The notes beneath the pieces are model-generated. The model did no database searches and was not told the origin of the DNA. It worked only from the letters and a program-made list of their open reading frames with translations. Positions 6,062 to 8,787 of a stretch of 8,787 bases of DNA are shown in pieces. The DNA is from a virus (taxonomy: Duplodnaviria > Heunggongvirae > Uroviricota > Caudoviricetes): the IMG/VR virus record IMGVR_UViG_2778261176_000001, one strand, 5' to 3'. Position 1 is the first letter of the stretch, and every line of letters begins with the position of its first letter. The translations under genes and the position numbers were made by a program.

Positions 6062-7537
6062 TTAATCATAGGGATCGTAATCTGTGATGGCCTTGCCTTG
6101 CTGGTTCTGCTGCCCGGGAATTCGCAGACGCTTCGACACAGGGAAAGCAAACGTCAGCAGTAGCGCATCGCCTTTACCCGGCGAGCGCCCAAGCCGCTCC
6201 TTGATATCTTCCTTCGGTTCGATAACGATTTTACCGTCCACGCGAACTTTGTACTCTGCCGCCGACAGGTCGTCCGCTGTTTCCTGGTCATCCAGCATGC
6301 CGCCCAGCCTCAGCCATGTCTTGCATGAGTTGAACATCTCCCCACGCTTGTTAAGCATCTGCGGGTCAGTAGACGCGCCACCGAACGGAACAAGTTGCCA
6401 TGTGCGCCCCCAACCGTCACCGATTGACTTCAGACCGGTACCGTAACCAAAGTCGATGAACACTGCGTCAGCCTGATACAGGTCTTCAAAGTCAGCGATA
6501 CGCTTCGCCATAATCAGATCGTCGGTAGTCTTGTTGCCAGTCCACAGCACCTTACTGTGTAGCCCCTGCCGCAGGTATATCACCGCGTCATCAACGCCTG
6601 AATATGCCGGGTCAACACCGATTATCACCGGAGCATGCGCCACCTGCGCAGCGGTTACCACCCGTTTCATTGCCTCATCAGTAAGACCGGTAGGGATAAA
6701 CTGCAATTCAGATGCATCAGGGAATATGCCGCGCACACGGATTTTAACGAAGTCGCTGTCTTCCCCGTAGTCATCAACCCATTTCTGCAACTGCTGTTTG
6801 TTAGTGCCTTCCACCGTCCGGCTGTCAATCTGCGCACACTTCCAGCGGTGTTTATATTTGCGGAAACATTCGCGGAAACGCCCGGTGTTACGTGTAGGGT
6901 TTCCGAACGCCACCCAGATAATCTCAGTGTCTTCGTCCGTAAGCGCACCCTCAGCAACTTCCCATACCAGATCCGCAATGTTCGACGCTTCGTCGAAAAC
7001 CACGATGATGCGTTTGCGCTCGTTGTGTAGTCCGGCGAATGCCTCAGTGTTGTGCTCAGACCAGGGGATTGCGTCAGCTCGCCACCGCTTGTCGTGCCCA
7101 GGATCATTGCTGTACATCGCGGTAGCGGTACAGGTAAACCAGTCTTTCGTGATAGCAAGGTTCGACCACTTGATAATTTCCGGCCAGGTCTTCGTTCGTA
7201 GCTGGTTGTCGGTGTTGGCGGTCACCACGACCTTACAATCCTCGCAAGTGGACATGCCCCAGTTGATCAGCATTGAGATGAATGCGGATTTACCAATACC
7301 GTGACCAGAAGCGCGTGCCAGCATAAGCGGCTGATAGCGCGTCTCTGGATTCTGCAGGTGATCACGTATCTCTCGGAACGCATCAGCCTGCCACTGACGT
7401 GGGCCGGTGGCATGTGCCAGTTCAGTCCCCTCTTCCCCCCACGGGAACGCATAGAGGGCATAGCCAAGCGGATCGTGAGTGAACCCTGCAATATCCTCGA
7501 TCAACTGCTCTTCAGGAGATAACGCTGTATCTGTCAC
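6062..7537 (-). CDS. terL: Terminase large subunit (ATPase + nuclease)
   Basis: 491-aa ORF; Walker A-like SGHGIGKS, Walker B-like IIVVFDEAS, C-terminal acidic nuclease-like motifs (IIGVDPAYSG, FIDFGYG); GTG start overlaps the terS stop (GTGA) with AGGA upstream. Confidence 0.85.
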   Translation of the reverse strand: MTDTALSPEEQLIEDIAGFTHDPLGYALYAFPWGEEGTELAHATGPRQWQADAFREIRDHLQNPETRYQPLMLARASGHGIGKSAFISMLINWGMSTCEDCKVVVTANTDNQLRTKTWPEIIKWSNLAITKDWFTCTATAMYSNDPGHDKRWRADAIPWSEHNTEAFAGLHNERKRIIVVFDEASNIADLVWEVAEGALTDEDTEIIWVAFGNPTRNTGRFRECFRKYKHRWKCAQIDSRTVEGTNKQQLQKWVDDYGEDSDFVKIRVRGIFPDASELQFIPTGLTDEAMKRVVTAAQVAHAPVIIGVDPAYSGVDDAVIYLRQGLHSKVLWTGNKTTDDLIMAKRIADFEDLYQADAVFIDFGYGTGLKSIGDGWGRTWQLVPFGGASTDPQMLNKRGEMFNSCKTWLRLGGMLDDQETADDLSAAEYKVRVDGKIVIEPKEDIKERLGRSPGKGDALLLTFAFPVSKRLRIPGQQNQQGKAITDYDPYD

Positions 7538-8130
7538 TGATTACAATCCTGACGTTCTTTGAGTCGCTTCCTGGCTGCTGCTATGCGATCAGCAATTGTC
7601 ACATTCACATTAACATCCAGGCGTTCTTTGAATGCATTGACATCGACGTGCTTACCAATCAGCTCAAGGTTCTTCACCTTGTCAGGCCATTTAATTTTTT
7701 TGAGGATTGTCTCTATCGAATCCTCGTTCATGTTCATGATGGTCGATGACAGATCAAAGCCGCTAAGCGTAGTGCGCCAGATTTTCGGCCACTCGCGGAT
7801 TGGCTTAAGGCTCCCATCGTCGTTGAGGATATCAATCACGTCCATCTGGTCGATCTCCACCAGGCGCATGAGAACGTAATCAGCACTGACACGCATTCGT
7901 TTGTTGCGCTCTTCCATCAGCTCGGCAATCCGTTTTTGAATGCGTTCATCGCGCATCATGACACTGGCTTTAACTGCCGCTGTATTTGGGGAGAATCCTG
8001 CGTTAATCGCTGCCTGAGTCTGGTTTTCAGGCGTTTTGATGTATGACTGGCAATAAGCCTCCTGCATTGCTGTGAGCGGCTTAAATTGCGTTGATTTGCG
8101 TTTATAGGTTTTAGGTTCAGCAGGCATCAT
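7534..8130 (-). CDS. terS: Terminase small subunit
   Basis: Directly upstream of and overlapping terL. The N-terminal region (KPLTAMQEAYCQSYIKTPENQTQAAINAGFSPNTAAVKAS) has the LTxxQxxFxxxY pattern of small terminase subunits as recalled from memory. The ORF-track start at 8208 is a TTG whose first 26 codons would translate a terminator hairpin and tandem repeats; I place the start at the ATG pair 8125-8130 (GGTGG upstream). The ATG at 8137-8139 is also possible. Confidence 0.7.
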   Translation of the reverse strand: MMPAEPKTYKRKSTQFKPLTAMQEAYCQSYIKTPENQTQAAINAGFSPNTAAVKASVMMRDERIQKRIAELMEERNKRMRVSADYVLMRLVEIDQMDVIDILNDDGSLKPIREWPKIWRTTLSGFDLSSTIMNMNEDSIETILKKIKWPDKVKNLELIGKHVDVNAFKERLDVNVNVTIADRIAAARKRLKERQDCNQ

Positions 8131-8138
8131 AACCACCA

Positions 8139-8169
8139 TGGTAATAGTTACCGTTGTGGTAATAGTACC
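8139..8169. repeat. Tandem near-palindromic repeats GGTAATAGTTACC / GGTAATAGTACC (10-bp exact direct repeat TGGTAATAGT, 18 bp apart)
   Basis: Read directly: 8139-8152 TGGTAATAGTTACC, spacer GTTG, 8157-8169 TGGTAATAGTACC; each unit has inverted arms GGTA(A)/(T)TACC. Located between a minus-strand terminator and the terS start. Candidate operator or TerS-binding (cosB/pac-like) sites. Confidence 0.55.
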
Positions 8170-8170
8170 A

Positions 8171-8199
8171 TGCAAAATAAAGCCGCCATAGTTGGCGGC
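8171..8199 (-). terminator. Intrinsic terminator between the 70-aa gene and terS
   Basis: Minus-strand RNA: GCCGCCA-ACUA-UGGCGGC (7-bp GC-rich stem) followed by UUUAUUUUG. Confidence 0.6.
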
Positions 8200-8204
8200 A
8201 GTAT

Positions 8205-8417
8205 TCAAAGTCCATCAAATTCATCGTAAAAACTCTCGTCAAGATACCCTTCCCATTTACCGCGAATGAAAATTACATCCTCGCCGCAAGGGTGCTGACT
8301 GTCGATAACTATATCCCTCCTGGCGCAACCATACTTATGCATGAGAAATTTAACCTCTTTCGGAAAATTTGCTGAGTTATCTCTCATATCTTCAAGGTCG
8401 TAGCGTATTTTTGGCAT
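8205..8417 (-). CDS. Hypothetical small protein (about 70 aa), AT-rich
   Basis: ORF-track ORF 8205..8438 starts at a GTG formed by the palindrome itself; the ATG at 8415-8417 is preceded by GAAGGTG and is the more likely start (MPKIRYDLEDM...). AT-rich relative to neighbours; function unknown. Confidence 0.5.
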   Translation of the reverse strand: MPKIRYDLEDMRDNSANFPKEVKFLMHKYGCARRDIVIDSQHPCGEDVIFIRGKWEGYLDESFYDEFDGL

Positions 8418-8426
8418 AACACCTTC

Positions 8427-8438
8427 GTGACATGTCAC
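8427..8438. repeat. Perfect palindrome GTGACATGTCAC, copy 2
   Basis: Exact second copy of the 12-bp palindrome seen at 5977-5988; it contains the TGA stop of the upstream Cys-rich ORF and lies about 10 nt upstream of the 70-aa ORF's ATG. Confidence 0.8.
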
Positions 8439-8671
8439 ACTATTAATTTCGTTTCATGCCAGCCTTTAGTCACCCAGCATTGCGAGTCACCATTACACGG
8501 GCATGAATTAACTGGAACTCTCTCGCCGCACTTACCGCAACGTTTTCTGCTGATCGATTTTATACGCCCGCGCACGCGTGCATCATCCTGGCGGATCAGT
8601 AACGCTATATACTCACCAAATTCGTAAGGCGCACGCCCGGGGCGACGCGTGGCACAGTTACTCTCCAGCAT
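8435..8671 (-). CDS. Hypothetical Cys-rich small protein (78-92 aa), possible zinc-ribbon
   Basis: ORF-track ORF 8435..8713 starts at GTG without SD; the ATG at 8669-8671 is preceded by AGGAAA at 5-nt spacing. C-terminal CGKCGERVPVNSCPCNGDSQC (CxxC...CxC...C) suggests a metal-binding ribbon; Arg-rich. GC-rich, unlike the adjacent 70-aa gene. Confidence 0.45.
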   Translation of the reverse strand: MLESNCATRRPGRAPYEFGEYIALLIRQDDARVRGRIKSISRKRCGKCGERVPVNSCPCNGDSQCWVTKGWHETKLIV

Positions 8672-8787
8672 TTCAATTTCCTGAGCATCAAGCACAATTT
8701 CCAGCTTACGCACACCAGATGCAGCTTGTCTGTGAAGTGGTCAACAAAAACTGGCCACCGCGTTAGAGTTTTTCCAGTATCGATTTT

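Larger units (their letters stand above)
1..8787. mobile_element. Tailed-phage (probable prophage) packaging and head-morphogenesis module, minus-strand operon with a plus-strand insertion
   Basis: Contiguous minus-strand genes with phage hallmarks (terS, terL with Walker A/B, T7-gp8-like portal, acidic scaffold, capsid-sized ORF), tight or overlapping gene junctions (ATGA, GTGA), no host housekeeping genes. Element boundaries are not in the window. Confidence 0.85.

Noticed and set aside
5968-6150. 60-aa minus-strand ORF reading through the palindrome and terminator into the terL 3' end
   Set aside because: Overlaps the terL coding end in another frame and translates terminator and palindrome sequence; no SD.
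6084-7522. Multiple plus- and minus-strand ORFs (120, 79, 131, 163, 168, 74, 73 aa) within terL
   Set aside because: Shadow ORFs inside a terL gene supported by Walker A/B and nuclease motifs.
7559-7879. Plus-strand 106-aa ORF inside terS
   Set aside because: Antisense to terS; low-complexity Ser/Arg/Leu-rich translation.
8427-8766. Plus-strand ORFs 8427..8627 and 8578..8766
   Set aside because: Shorter than and antisense to the minus-strand ORFs, which have SD-supported ATG starts and an operon-like junction.
1-8787. CRISPR array, integrase, transposase or IS element
   Set aside because: No repeat-spacer periodicity, no recombinase-sized ORF and no terminal inverted repeats beyond the features listed.

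Overview
Almost the whole window is the DNA-packaging and head-morphogenesis module of a tailed, temperate-type phage (probably a prophage in an enterobacterial genome). It is encoded on the minus strand in the order terS - terL - [insertion] - 68-aa ORF - portal - 98-aa ORF - scaffold - major capsid - two small structural ORFs - start of the next gene. Between terL and the portal the operon is interrupted by a ~1.2 kb AT-rich plus-strand insertion (convergent to terL) carrying an intact tRNA-Arg(UCU), three intrinsic terminators and an orphan 140-aa ORF; this is the best candidate for an undescribed accessory function. Two copies of a perfect 12-bp palindrome GTGACATGTCAC bracket the terS-terL cassette, and tandem near-palindromic repeats plus a terminator lie immediately upstream of terS. 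Several ORF-track starts are GTG/TTG extensions; I moved starts to internal ATGs where a Shine-Dalgarno (SD) sequence supports it. No CRISPR array, rRNA, integrase or transposase was seen. Protein identities rest on motifs, composition and gene order only; no database search was possible.
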